Counted from the first letter of the stretch, positions 1 through 12,984 are shown. The stretch is DNA of 64,000 nucleotides from Geosiphon pyriformis uo1 (GCA_016748015.1 JAAOMT010000620.1:333391-397390); one strand, 5' to 3'. Program-made: numbers and translations. The notes: generated from the sequence alone by a model not told the origin.

Positions 1-131
1 ATTACCTTACCACCTCCTCCCCCCCCCCCCCACACCCACCTTCCTCCTCGAAAAACCTTAAAGAAAGACTATCGAGTCTATACATTACCTACCTACAAGA
101 AAGTTCTTTGGGCAAAGGACGTAGGATTCAA

Positions 132-2654
132 ATGTCCCAAATGCCAGAACCAGTTTCAATCCGTCTAAATTTCTTACCCTCCCCTAACCAATTTGCTCCT
201 ACCGACAACCAAACCTTTGCTCACCACGTTCAAACTCTTTACAAGCTTGCAGTACCAAATACAAACATTTATCAGGCTCTTACAACTGAATTACCCCTTT
301 CTAATTTGCTCGATACTTTTCAAGCTGCTTCGAAAGAGATCGATTTATGGCTGGAATATGCAAACATTGCAATTTTCGCTCTGGAACTTGACGTACGAGA
401 GGGTATGAGCGTCAAAAATGTGGGCGAAATGGACGTTTTGATTCATAAATTTGCTCCGAACGTGGAACTGCTTCGTGAACTTTCACAGCTTATACTTGCT
501 CAACCAAAGGACTCAAACGACGTTATGAACCAAAAGGATATTTTGGACACTGTTGAAAGAATAAATGGTGAATGGTTAGAGGCTAAAGCTTTTTTTCAAA
601 AAGTAAAGAAAGAAATGTCTGAATCGAAACAGAGGCGTGAGCTATTGGACACAATGGATCAGATTCTCTTGTCAATCGATGAACTTAACACAAATATTTT
701 TGAATATCAGGAACAAAGGCATAGTGGTACAATTGGTGCTGGGTCGCTGGATACCAATAACAGTGATGCCTTTCCATTTTCAGAACTTTCACCGAGAACT
801 CGACCCATCACCCCTGCCACCCCTATTCCTGGTTCCAATAATGAGCTTAATTCACGATCTGATGTTGCCGCATTAATACAATTAGATTCACGTCTGGAAC
901 CATTATCGGCTCGAATAGAATACTTGACTTCTCGTTTATCAGCACCGAGTGCTCCCTCTGACCCAATAGGTACATTAGCAAAGAAAAATAAATTATTGCT
1001 CAATAAATGGGACGCATTAAAACAAGAAATGGAGTCATTAAGGGAAGAATTAAAAGAGGATCGATGGTTGAGCGTTTTCAAACAAGTTTCTTCTCAAGCA
1101 AATCACATGATGGACTCATTGGAAAGGGTGGTCAGACAATGTCGAGAATTCATTGCAAGAGCTATGGACCCCTCAGAATCCCCATTACCATTAAGGCAAT
1201 TACAGTTACGTGACATTTTTATACCACCATCATATTACAATCAACAAAAATCACAACAACAGCAGCAGCAGCAACAACCTATACAACCGCCTGTAACAAT
1301 CTCTGCAAAAAATTTTCATAGACTTTTTAATAGTTTTGAAGACAGAAGAAAGTATTATCATCCAGCAATTACTAAAATGCTCACCTTACTAGGAAATGAT
1401 ATCAATAATGGGGCGACAAAAGATATGGACGTTATAAAAAAATACAAATCAATGAAAGAACGATGGGACAATATTTTGGAAGGTATAGCCGAAGTAAAGC
1501 GTGATATGCCTATATTAGACAGAATGATTGAAGCTTCACATATTCCGAGCAATTCACCACCATCATCAATACCTTCCTCGATCGCATCTTCACCACCAAT
1601 GTCACCATCAATGCGACCATTCAAAACTGTATTCCCACCTGAATTTGGTTCACCCCCAAAACAAATGAGATCAGTATCACCATATCGAACGTCACCTTTG
1701 GAATATGAACGTGCCTCATCTCCGACACGTAATAATCCAAAATCTCCCTCCCCGAGAGCTTTAAGTCCACATGGTGGCCGACACGATTACTTGTATGGAA
1801 ATGGCCATGGTCAATCTGAAAGTCCTTCTCCTCCGTTCCCAGATCTACGACCACCTTGGAATTATAACCATTCAAAACAATCATATAACGCATTACCATA
1901 TAGTCCAACATACAACAATCACTACAATAATTCTCCGTATCTCAGATCAACATCACCCCCGCCACCAAAATATGACAGATATGAACGATCAAAATCACAT
2001 AGTCGTTCAGGATCACCTGTGCGTTCACCATCAGCTGCTGCCGGTGCTCCAACACGTCCAATATCTCCTGGTGATCGTACGCATCCATCTGCAATTCCAA
2101 GACCGGTCACTAGTATGGGATTAACAGGTACTAGAACAGGTTCGCGTATGGGGATGCGATCATTACTTCCCACTTCTACTACACCAAACCCAGGAATGAT
2201 GGCGAGCATGTCAAGATTATCAAGAAAAGCTCCCATCAGATCCAGGACGCCTTCTTCAGTCGCCAGTGATGCTTCAAGACCTATAACCCCAGAGGAAGAT
2301 GATGAAGAGGAAGAAGATCCTTTATCAGAGACATTACAAAGTATGAAAGTAAAGGATCATCCACCTTATATACCTGCCAAGAATGATCCATTAGATGCTG
2401 AAGTTGCAAAAATAGTGAATGCTTCACCAATCACCGTAAAAGTTGAACGTATACCTGGTGGCAAGGGCAAATATTATTTTGGTAATAATACTTCGATACA
2501 AGGCAGAAAGATTTATCTTTGTCGATTAGTGACCTATCCTTCGAGTGGTCGTAATAAGGTCACGGTTCGAGTAGGTGGTGGATGGCAAGACCTAGACATG
2601 TTCTTATTAGAACATGGCCTACTGAAAGATATTGGAGTGCGAGCCGTATTCTGA
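132..2654 (+). CDS. Kar9-like microtubule/cortical linker with C-terminal GAR (GAS2) domain, intronless
   Basis: Single ORF from the first ATG at 132. The N-terminal helical region has Kar9-family-like motifs (LDSRLEPLSARIEYLTSRL; EDRWLSVFKQVSSQANHMMDSLER), followed by a long Ser/Pro-rich linker. The C-terminus has the GAR signature (DPLDAEVAKIVN...GKYYFG...VTVRVGGGWQDLDMFL). Confidence 0.85.
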   Translation: MSQMPEPVSIRLNFLPSPNQFAPTDNQTFAHHVQTLYKLAVPNTNIYQALTTELPLSNLLDTFQAASKEIDLWLEYANIAIFALELDVREGMSVKNVGEMDVLIHKFAPNVELLRELSQLILAQPKDSNDVMNQKDILDTVERINGEWLEAKAFFQKVKKEMSESKQRRELLDTMDQILLSIDELNTNIFEYQEQRHSGTIGAGSLDTNNSDAFPFSELSPRTRPITPATPIPGSNNELNSRSDVAALIQLDSRLEPLSARIEYLTSRLSAPSAPSDPIGTLAKKNKLLLNKWDALKQEMESLREELKEDRWLSVFKQVSSQANHMMDSLERVVRQCREFIARAMDPSESPLPLRQLQLRDIFIPPSYYNQQKSQQQQQQQQPIQPPVTISAKNFHRLFNSFEDRRKYYHPAITKMLTLLGNDINNGATKDMDVIKKYKSMKERWDNILEGIAEVKRDMPILDRMIEASHIPSNSPPSSIPSSIASSPPMSPSMRPFKTVFPPEFGSPPKQMRSVSPYRTSPLEYERASSPTRNNPKSPSPRALSPHGGRHDYLYGNGHGQSESPSPPFPDLRPPWNYNHSKQSYNALPYSPTYNNHYNNSPYLRSTSPPPPKYDRYERSKSHSRSGSPVRSPSAAAGAPTRPISPGDRTHPSAIPRPVTSMGLTGTRTGSRMGMRSLLPTSTTPNPGMMASMSRLSRKAPIRSRTPSSVASDASRPITPEEDDEEEEDPLSETLQSMKVKDHPPYIPAKNDPLDAEVAKIVNASPITVKVERIPGGKGKYYFGNNTSIQGRKIYLCRLVTYPSSGRNKVTVRVGGGWQDLDMFLLEHGLLKDIGVRAVF

Positions 2655-3462
2655 TTTGCAAAACATTTTTGGATCCTGAAATTCTTTTTTTCACACATTG
2701 CGTAATTTTGTCTGCACGCGTAAATATAGAGGAAAGCATAATTAACTGCTACCTTTTCGACATTTTTGCACCTCTAGAGAACCCTTCTCAATTATTATTA
2801 TTATTATTTTTTTCGAGGATATTAATTTCTTTTGTAATTGAGTTTATTTTTGGGCACTTTATGGGGTTCTACTACTACTACTACTATTACTACTTTTTGC
2901 ATCTGTATATATATATAGTATAGAGAAGTTCTGTGTTCATTTATTTTCGATCTCTCAATGCTTCTCCGTGTACACAAGTTTTAAATCTCTGTAGTTCGGT
3001 TCTGTTTCAATATTTCTTTCTTCCCTTCACATTCGTATTAAAAAATTTTCCTACTCGAGTCTTCTTTTACATCGATCATCTCATATATACACACATACCT
3101 ACACACACACGCGCGCGCACTACCTACTCACTCACTCAGCTTACCACCAAAATTTATCCGTCCGTCCCACAGAAAATTTCATCCCAATAATTAGAGAAGG
3201 AAAAATAAAGAATTAAATAGTTTTTGATCAATGACGGAAAATTTTAAACATTCAGAAAATATTGATATATTATTTTTTGTCCCGAAAATCGATATTCATA
3301 AATTTCCTAATCTTGTCTTCTTTATTATGATTTTACAGTTGAAATAATCCCGCTAGCTTTCATACCTAAAAGACGTCTGGCTATTTTCTTCTAAAGTTCA
3401 CCTTCCCCTATTCCACAATAAAAAACCTGTGTGTTGTAGCAACAAACTCTTTTTGGATGATT

Positions 3463-4450
3463 TTACGAGTTATTCATGACTAAACTCTTCTTTGTATGTT
3501 CTTCAATATCTGCAGCCTCCCAAGGATATACCAGCCATCGATCAGGAGTCTCGTTCGCGGCCCAATACCTTCCACCTTTGAGGATCGACACATCAGGTAT
3601 CTCCATTCGCTTCTCCTTTTTCTTATTATGTATCACGAACACCCCCAATTTGGTTTCTGGTATTTCCTCACCAGGGTGTTCAAAGACAAATTTTTTTTTG
3701 AGTTCTTCTATGTCCTTGGTGAGTTCCTGGACTGCGTAGGCTAATGTGGTACGCGTGTCATCCACCTCATCGACGATCAAAATATTTTTCCCCAACAATG
3801 TGGTTACGATCGGGGGACCGAAATGTAACCATTGGGTTTTGATCACTTGCGTCCCGGATTTTCCTAGCGTTGCCGCTTGTAACGCTTGTTCATCTTGAGT
3901 GGAGACGTAGAGATCTTCGTAGAGTGAGAGACCGATAGCTTGGATGGGAATATTTTTCCTGTTTTGTCGTGTAAGGAAAGTGCGCTGTTCAAGTAAAGTG
4001 AAGATCAATTTGAATAGCTTAAAATGCGTATCCGTATAAAAATCAAAGAAATTTTTCATCGAATAGGAAAATTGGAGACGCGTCTCTGATCATCCAAAGT
4101 TGATCTACATATTAGATGATCAATAAAGTTGTTTAAATTCCTACTTTATACGCCAATGGTCATGATACATTATGAAATCTTACCAGAATTCTGGCAGGTA
4201 TAAAACCACCACCGCCAATTGCAATCATGAGGTCCGGTTTGAACTCCTCGTTTATGCGATAGCGTTCAACCGCCTCTTTAATCTATTATTTATTAATAAA
4301 ACCAGGCTAAAATTAATATTGTTGAAGTTTAAACAATGGTGCAGTCTCGAAAGAGGGTAGCAACCCTTTAGGTAAGAGCCAATATTTAAGAAAACTTGCC
4401 GATTGATGAACCTGGTTGTAAGATATATAAATCTTGGTATCAGTTGCCAT
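3463..4450 (-). CDS. Xanthine/hypoxanthine-guanine phosphoribosyltransferase (Xpt1/Hpt1-like), 3 exons
   Basis: Exons 4450-4400 (MATDTKIYISYNQVHQS), 4282-4184 (IKEAVERY...PDLMIAIGGGGFIPARIL) and 3984-3463 (RTFL...ILIVDEVDDTRTTL...WLVYPWEA). PRPP-binding loop VDEVDDTRTT. Intron 1 is GC-AG, intron 2 is GT-AG. Confidence 0.9.
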
Positions 4451-4853
4451 TATTGGTTCATAAACGCAGAAGTTTTTATTATTATAAAGAAACTCAAGAG
4501 GAAAGAGACTGCCGTTGTCTTTTTTGCCCACCAATTGATCATTAAGCTACTCAAAAGTAGTGTCCGCTTTCACGTGACTCTGACATTATTTTTACCACAT
4601 ATACCCCAAAAAATAATTCATGAAATATTATCCTACAATAAAATTTAAAAACAATTTTTTGTTACATCATATTGTTGTATAAATATTTTTTAAATAAAAA
4701 TACTTTTTTATTTGCCAACGTAGTGATCAAAATTTGACTTAAAGAAAAAAAAATTGCTTTTATATTATAGAAGTCATGAGGATATCTAAAAATCTTTTCA
4801 TCAAAGAAGAAATATGAATTATTTTACGATTTATTACATTTTTTTGTTACTTA

Positions 4854-4855
<2 letters not shown>

Positions 4856-4925
<70 letters not shown>
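4856..4925. repeat. (ATT)n microsatellite, ~23 units
   Basis: Uninterrupted attattatt run. Confidence 0.95.
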
Positions 4926-4926
<1 letters not shown>

Positions 4927-7417
4927 GACCAAAAAAATGTTTAATTATTATATATAATTTATTAAATTGATAGTTTTTGATATTATTACTTTTGTTGTTG
5001 AAATTCTATTATGTGTATATTATTTTGGAAAATTTTATTATTATGTTTTTATTAAATTTGCTATCAAAATTTATAATTATATTTTTATTATATTTTAATT
5101 TGCATTATGACTTTATCATATTTTATTAAAATTTAAAAAATTGTATTATTAAATTAAATTAATAATTTACGAATTTATATGATGATTTACAATTAAGAAT
5201 ATTTTACAATTAAGAATATTTTTAAATAAATAATTTTATAATTATGTAACCAAATAACAATTTATAATAGAATCAATTAAATATTTTAGCAAAAATTAGT
5301 AATTTAATATAAATTTAAGATTAATTAACAATATAAACTTAAGATTAAAATGTAATGATATAAATACAATGATAATGTTATGGTTGAACAAATAAAAGTA
5401 AATATAATTAATTAATCTCTAAAGTTTAGTGGGTTAACCTTCCGAGCAGATCTACTAATAATTCATCAAGGCTCATGGTATAAGTACGAGGTTGTGGATC
5501 GGGTTGCGACACATTTTACCAACTGGTAACAAACCATAAACCAAGAGTACTGCTGAAAAACATCCTTTATCTCACCTTAAAAAGTTCTTTTGGAGCAATG
5601 AGGAAGAAACGAATTAAAACTCAATGCTTATGGTAGTTAAATTTTGATGCCCTAATTAATTTAAGTAAACCCTATGGTAGTCCTTACCACTAGCTGCTAT
5701 GCCAAAAGACTTTTGAGGCTGGTTGCACTGTTTGAGATAATAGTTAGTCAATTTGGACTTCAGGAAATTTTGGATCCGCCAACGCTTGAATGAGAAGTTA
5801 TATCCAGACTATCGGATCTCTTGTCATTCGAGGACAAAAACCAGAAAATTTTCATTTGTTTATATGGCCTTGAACATGAAAGATTACAGGTCGTGCACAT
5901 GTGATCAGCAAATAGACTATTACTTTGGTAAAATCCATGCCATATCTGGCTATAATTATGAAGTTAATGAAATCAACTACTTCTGTAAAATCAGGACATA
6001 ATGAAGTTGCGCCCGAATGCTTCCTATCATTCAAGAGGCTTGTGAAAACTCTGATAAAATACGCCTTATTGAAAAAGAAACATGATAGAAATGAGGTTTT
6101 ACTTCACAAAAAACCTTTAAAGAAGTAAATGGTTCTGATAAAAATTGCAGCTGGTCTCTAGACACCAATCAATGCGAGAACCTACTTTCACTCCTGAGAC
6201 AATTTTCACTTTTTATCTTTGGTAATCCTTCTACGCAGTTCACACACAATGGTAATCCTAAAAGCTGATATCGCATTGACACCGAATGCTCATCATCGAG
6301 TGCGAATGAAAGGATTCCTTACCGACGTACTTCAGAAGATATTTGCGACCCCCCTTGTCGAAGCTATTAAAGGTGGTGGTTCTATAATCAACGTCGTTAT
6401 ATCCAAGTTGCCAGTGATATTACGCGACATAACCAACAGAATTCGAATTTCACCCTTTGAATTTGCTGGAAGTTTCTCAAATATAAGGAAACACCAGAGC
6501 AATAAGCAATCAATTAGAAGAGGCTACCATGATTAAAACAGAATCCAATTCGAATGATAGCTATTCAAATGAATGGGTAAAGAAGTCGAAACCCAAACAA
6601 GAAATCTCCTGACATGCTTACCGTGAAGGGAATCTTTAATAAAACTGAAATCTACTCTCGTCACATTCTTCTCGAAAATAATTCCCGATTAAAGGCGATC
6701 ATTGAGTCTATTATTAGAACTCTAATTTCCCCAACAGCTCGAGCATAACTGCACAAATTATTCATGCAATAAAGAAACGTCTTAGAACAAAAAATCTCAA
6801 TTGCGGAACGTCGTTTCAATCAACAACTCCGCCCCTAGTTAAAAGTCCAAGGTATCTTCACAATCAATATTCAAGTATTGAACCCATTTAAGGGGCGACT
6901 GAGCTTTAGTGACAATGCAAAATGCTTGGGAAGTCGATATATATGTCGGATAAAAAAGTGACCCTTCCCAAATTATCTGAATAGTTTGCTAGGCGCGATT
7001 AATAGAAATAGTAAGAATTGGCTTTTAAGGTCTTGTAAAGAATAATAAAAAACCAAAAGATCCCTACAGCCTTGATGTTTACTTTGTAATTTAGTACTAA
7101 TCCATCACTCAGTTTACCTCGTTATTAAAGCCAACTGAAAATAAACTTGGATGATTTAAGACTTTCCACTATGATCATATTGTTATTTTGAGATAATACG
7201 GGGTTTTTCCTGTTATCCTTGATAACTTTGCTTGACCAAATGCCCATGTATTGTCCACAAAATTAATTCAATAATCGTCCAGAATATTAATGCAATAGAA
7301 TTACCATCGAAAACCCCAAGAAATATAGGCAATAGATAGAGTTGAGAGAAAACTCTCAACCCTTCCATATTTCTGCTAGCATTCATCTTTTAAAAATATT
7401 TCAGGTAAACTTGTAAA

Positions 7418-8022
7418 TTAACGATCTTCATTGGTAAGGGGGCCCTGCGCTGCTTGCTGTTGTCCTTGCAAAACTTTTCTAAGTCGTGTAGTCTCTGCCT
7501 CTACCTTTGCCTGCCTCTGTGCCATTAACATCTTTCTCAACCTCTGTGCTTCTATCTCCACCTCTTTAGCCACTCTCTGTCTTTGAACCTCAGCCTCTCT
7601 CGCCATCCTGGCCAGCTTTAGAGAACGACGGCGCAAAGTGTTATCAGTAGGACCATCAGGATAAAGTGGACTATTTGGGTTCTCTAACTTATCCATCTGA
7701 TCCTGCAAGACATGAGCAAAGTTGTTCATCGCTTCATCCACCGCTTCCTCCAAATCAAAAACAAGATTGGGCCATTTTTGGGGATCGATGCCAAGTCGCT
7801 GGAATTTCTTGATCGTCATTTTTTTCTTTCGCTCTTTGTTACTTACCATGTTCTGCGCCGCCCGTATCATGGTTGAAACATATACCGAATCCGGGACATA
7901 GCGAGCGGAAATCGCTTTCCTTATTTTAGCAGTCCTTGTTTCCGAGATCTTAGGGTTCAACAATGACGAAATGCTCGGAGTTGGGTCATAGTTGTAGTGG
8001 GTGGGAAAAAGGCAACCAACGA
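7418..8022 (-). CDS. Hypothetical orphan protein, probably a terminal exon with coiled-coil C-terminus
   Basis: The 181-aa ORF extends upstream (VGCLFPTHYNYDPTPSISS) to a plausible acceptor (tttactttag) near 8023. The C-terminus has repeated (E)AEVQR/EAQRLRK/EAETTRLRK helices. Start exon not resolved. Confidence 0.5.
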
Positions 8023-8661
8023 CTAAAGTAAAGCAGAGAGTAACGCGTATAATTGTTAGGTTTCCTTAAACTCACGAAAAGGCAGAGCGTATAATTATAC
8101 GAAGAGCTAAATAACGTTCAAAATAAATCCTAGAAAGTTATATAATATAGTGTTGAGTACATTTCGTCGGTGGAATCACCATCTCCCACGTCGTCCTTGT
8201 GTTTTCTGGTTTTGCCTCGTCGTAGAAGGTCTTTTGTTTGCAAGGACGAGGCATATTAAGGCTTGTACCGAAGCAAAGTTTAGAAATGTTTAAAAAGGTG
8301 ATAGTTTCAACTTTTGGTCTTCGCTAATTTGAATTGTTGATAATTCCCCCGGCCGTAAGGTTTAAAGAAAAAGTAAACTGGGTTAGAACACTATAGGATA
8401 AATCTTTGGAATTAAGTGGACAACAGGGTTTAAAACAGCAGCTATTCACTTCTAGGTGTTCCGCTTCCACCGTTATTATTGAGCTTTAGAGGATATTGAA
8501 AGTGAACAAGCCGCGAAACTCATGGTAATGAAGACCAATTTTTGTGATAAATTTTACTGATAACAAGATTGACCAATTGAAATATAATTTTATCACGTTA
8601 TGGGATCGGAGATAAGTGATTAGATCACCAAAAATATAATTAAGAGTTTAAAACTTGCTAA

Positions 8662-9665
8662 ATGAGCACCATAAATCCAAGGCGAACAAAGGTGGGTTGA
8701 GCTCTAACCTAGCGCCTATGTGACCCTCATTTAAAACCAGCAAATTTCATTGTTTCCTCTACAATGATTCGAAAAAAGGGAGTCACCCTTGTCCGATCAA
8801 TAGTTTATGGCAACACAGCGAGTCTGCTACCACCGAAAAAGATGTCAGAAACAGATCACACGCACAAATGGACGGTGTCTGTGCGTGGGGTTAATGGTGA
8901 AGACATAAGCTATTTCATCAAAAAAGTAGTCTTCAAGTTGCACGAGACATATCAAAATCCTTTGCGAAGTAAGACGAACTTTTCAAATTAAATATTTAAA
9001 ATAATGAACCTTCAGTCTATTTGTGATCTACGTAGCTGTCGAACAACCTCCTTTTGAGATTTCGGAAACCGGTTGGGGTGAATTTGAGCTGACTATGAAA
9101 CTTCATTTTCCACCCGAAAGTGGAGAAAAACCGGTGACTTTGTATCATAATCTAAGATTGCATCCATACGAAGATGATGGGTCGATATTGAACTCCAACA
9201 AAGGTAAGCCGGTGACAAGCTTCCAATATGATGAGCTTGTAAGTATCATTTTAATCTTTATTCTGTAAAATTAACGCTCTCTCTATCTCTCTCTCTGATT
9301 ATATATACCTTCTAATAAATTGAATATAATGGATTTTTATATAGGTGTTTACCGATCCAACAGAAGCGATGTATCAAATACTTGTTTCGAATTCAACCTC
9401 CAATCTTCCACCACGAAGCAGCATAAATCAGCCATATAGTCAGCATAATGAAATTCTTTTTTAGGTTTGTTTGAATTGAAGGGTTCAGCCTGATCGAAAA
9501 CAAACTCCTTACTTAGGTTTACAAGCTGAACAAGAAGAGGTAAAGATTATTGAGGCTGCTCATCGCAAAGTTCTGGACCAAACGTCAATTTACCGGGAAC
9601 GAATGGAGAATGCAAACAAAGAAATGAATCTAGTCAAGAGCGAAATCGATCGCTTCATGAAGTAA
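8662..9665 (+). CDS. YAF9: YEATS-domain protein Yaf9/GAS41 (NuA4/SWR1 subunit), 5 exons
   Basis: Exons 8662-8691, 8779-8968, 9036-9238, 9345-9438 and 9517-9665, all with GT-AG borders. Motifs IVYGNTA, HTHKWTVSVRG, KKVVFKLHETY, PPFEISETGWGEF, and a C-terminal coiled coil. Confidence 0.93.
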
Positions 9666-10312
9666 GTTACTTGGAATTTAATGGCTTGTTTTGTTCACGT
9701 CATTTTCTTCATTCCTAAAAGATAATCACAACACTCATAGAGAATGAAGCATGAAGTTTCGATGAGTTACGTTCATGGCTTCTTGATCCCCATTAAGAGA
9801 AGGTGAGTCAAGAATCCTTTTTTAATCGGCGGCCAAAGGTGCTACTTTTTTTATTGTCTTCTAAATACGAATGTCTAACTTGTTTCTAAGTCCATTGGCA
9901 ATTGTAAGAAATTTTTCAGTTTAATATCACTGAGAAAATAATTTCAGACAAAATTGAGTCTAAAAAAACTAATTTCCAACCGTCGATATCGATATGTTTT
10001 TTCATGCCTACCAGAAAGCTCTAATGTAAAATGGTATATGCCAACACATTAAGATAATAAGGGTTCGAATTTAAAATAATAAATATGTTGGCTCTAGCAC
10101 ACCTTTTGCCCATACCAAAACCAAAATTAGAAGGGCCGAGAATAAATATATAATACAATAATACTAGTAAGTTGAATGAATAAAAGATGAGATTGAAAGG
10201 GTAATTGAAAATGATATAATTAGTGATTCCCCCTCAGATCATCATTCCAAAAACCAGGTTCGACTAAGTTAATACCGTGAAAGTTGATTGCCGATGAATG
10301 CTATAAGTTTTC

Positions 10313-12503
10313 CTATTTCCTTCCACTACGGGCATTCAGTGCACCTTGAACCGAGTCCAAGTCGCCCTCTAACACCTTAATATGCGAGTGCTCAGCCTCC
10401 AAATCTTTATTGAGACGATCGCGTTCTGCAATCAGCTTTTTTTTTAAAAAGTAGCATTTTAATTTTAGATAATTAGGGAGTGAAATCTTTAAATATCACG
10501 AGGAAAGAAAAATAAACAAACATGTTGTTCCCACTGTCGAAATCGATTCTCTTCCAATTTCACTTGTTCAGTGAATCGTTTTCGAAGCGATTCTTCTTCT
10601 TCCTTGAATTTCGGGTTATCCAATTTCTTTGCCCTGGATTGAGAGAAATTTTGGTTTAATTTAATATTTAAAAATAATAAAAGCAATTGATTTATTAGAG
10701 AAGAAAACACTTGCTTTGCTTCACCGAATTTTCTCGTTTCCATCTGTGATTGACGGTAATTCTCGTAGTGCATCTCTTCGGTGGTCGATACTAGATCTAA
10801 CATATGTGTCCTTTTCAAAAAAAATACATGTATAGATACAGATATCATTAAAATTTCGGGAAAAACTGATAAGCCTAGAGGTAAACATTAACTTTGAAGA
10901 ATTATTACCTAATCACAAGACTTCGGAGTTTCTTGAAATCACAATGATCCTCATTTTCAACTTCTGCAACACCCCAGCTATAGTTTCGGCCTTTGACTTT
11001 GCGACCATCAGGAGTAGTGACATCTTGATCGCTCCCAATTACCGCGAAAGGCATTGCAGCCTATGTGATATTTGAATTTTAAACAAACTCCCGAAGAATA
11101 ATTAAAGCTGTATGAAAATGAAATATTTGATTCAACGTACCATTATATTCATATTACGCTTAGTACTAGTCTCATCGTCACTCTCGATCGGACATTGGTA
11201 TACCTGAATGTTTTGAGCGGCGATGACTTCTCTCACCTTTTAAATCCAAAACATAGATCAAATTCTGTTACTTAAATTAATGCAAAGAAAAGAGAATAAA
11301 TGTCTAAAACTACTTACGCGTCTTTTGAAGGTTTCCAAATCTTTAGGTGTAAGCGTATCAGCTTTAGCAATTACCGGAATTAAATTGACGCGTGAACCCA
11401 AAAGCTTCATGACTTCAATATCAAGTGGTTTTAGACTAAAAATATCCAATTCCAATTGAGAAAGATCAAATTAGAACAATTAATTAGTCAACCGAATAAA
11501 TATGTTCAATAATCACGAAAAAAACACTTCGAAAACTCACGTATGTCCGGTTGGCCGAATGAAATAAAGGCAGGCGTGTACACGTAAATCTAACTTTTCC
11601 TTACGAAGTGGTTGTTGTTCTTGACGCATATAAGATTCATGCTGATCATCGATGAATTCAATGATTGGGAGCCAGCTATCACGGTTATTCACATAATCGC
11701 CAAACCCAGGGGTGTCGATCACCGTCAGTTTTACGTTGAATTTCTTCTCTTCAAGCTCTGCATTGAGAAGGGTAGTGGAAGAGAGATGAATAAGTAAAAA
11801 AAATTATACGTAGCTATTTAATGTGTTATTCTTAGCAAGAAACGTAAATAAATAATTGAGAATCATTCATGAACTCGAAGGCGAGTCTCGATATAATGAA
11901 GATCAATCAAAATATCCATATAATAAATCGATCTCGGGAACTCTGTATCCAAGAACTTCAATATGCCGCATAATATCCATACTATACCATAAGTGCACTT
12001 GGATACAAATACCACTTTGATATATCGAGAAAATTCACAAATTGCTGACCCCTTAACTATATCGAAGTTCAAGAAAATGATCGAAATATACCCACCAGCT
12101 TTTGTGATTTCAATTTCCACCGTTTTATGGGTTTGCTTAGTGTGGCGCTTGGTTTGATTCTTCTTTTCCTTAATGGTAGTGGTAAACAGGGTATTGATGA
12201 AAGTTGTCTTTCCAAGTCCGGATTCACCTGTCGAACGAAAGATGTAAATGGTGTTAATTTTGTTAAATGAAAATTTAGCAGCATATAATAAAAAAGACAT
12301 CGTCGTATTTGTTCCCATCCAGAAGCCCAGCTGTTTTGAGTCTTCATCTACTTGTTAATGAAAAGCAAAACATGAAGATAAAAATGCTTACCAACAACCA
12401 TAAGCGTAAAGTTTGTTCCTCGTTTGGCTACAATCTTATGTCTTTGGTTCGGTAAGTTGGCGATGCCAATGCCGTTAGTGGTGGAAACTGCACTTGGTGA
12501 CAT
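10313..12503 (-). CDS. CDC12: Septin, Cdc12/AspC/Spn4 group, 9 exons
   Basis: Exons 12503-12392, 12227-12096, 11757-11541, 11435-11318, 11236-11141, 11060-10909, 10810-10715, 10633-10522 and 10435-10313. Motifs [26 protein letters not shown] (P-loop), DTPGFGD and AKAD. The C-terminal [31 protein letters not shown] is typical of Cdc12/AspC. Confidence 0.92.
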
Positions 12504-12984
12504 TATGATATCTTTTGTTTAAGAATAGTAGTCCGATAGATTACAATCTTTTATAAAAAAAATTACAGACAACTGCCAAAAGAAAGGCGTGTAAGTTGGT
12601 CAGGAGATTTAATGGGAAAGTACTTTGGTTTCGATAGCGAAAGAATGTGTCGAAGTCTTCATAATTTGAAGATGCATGTTTAACAATATTCTAAAGATGT
12701 ACAGTGGAATTAACCAATTGGCAAGGCATATCGTTGAACACGCAGATGCAAGCATAATTTGTTTAGATTTTCTGAGTTAAATTTGCCAAAATAGGTAATC
12801 ATTGTTACCGCGTAACATGCAGATGAATTTGAAAGTCAACCACATTTAATGTACTACAGAATCGCTATCTCATAAAATATAATTCAACTTGAAGATGATG
12901 AATGTCCAGGATTGGGCCCGGAATCGATTGGGATAAGGGCAATTAAATATAGAACAAATTTCCAAAATATTTGTATTAGAGCAT

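Noticed and set aside
108-131. TTG start given by the ORF track
   Set aside because: Eukaryotic gene; the first ATG at 132 is the plausible start.
3099-3120. (CA)n(CG)n alternating purine-pyrimidine tract
   Set aside because: Short simple repeat between convergent genes; no evidence of function.
193-3190. Short alternative-frame and antisense ORFs over and after the Kar9/GAR gene
   Set aside because: Shadow ORFs or 3'-UTR low-complexity sequence with no motifs.
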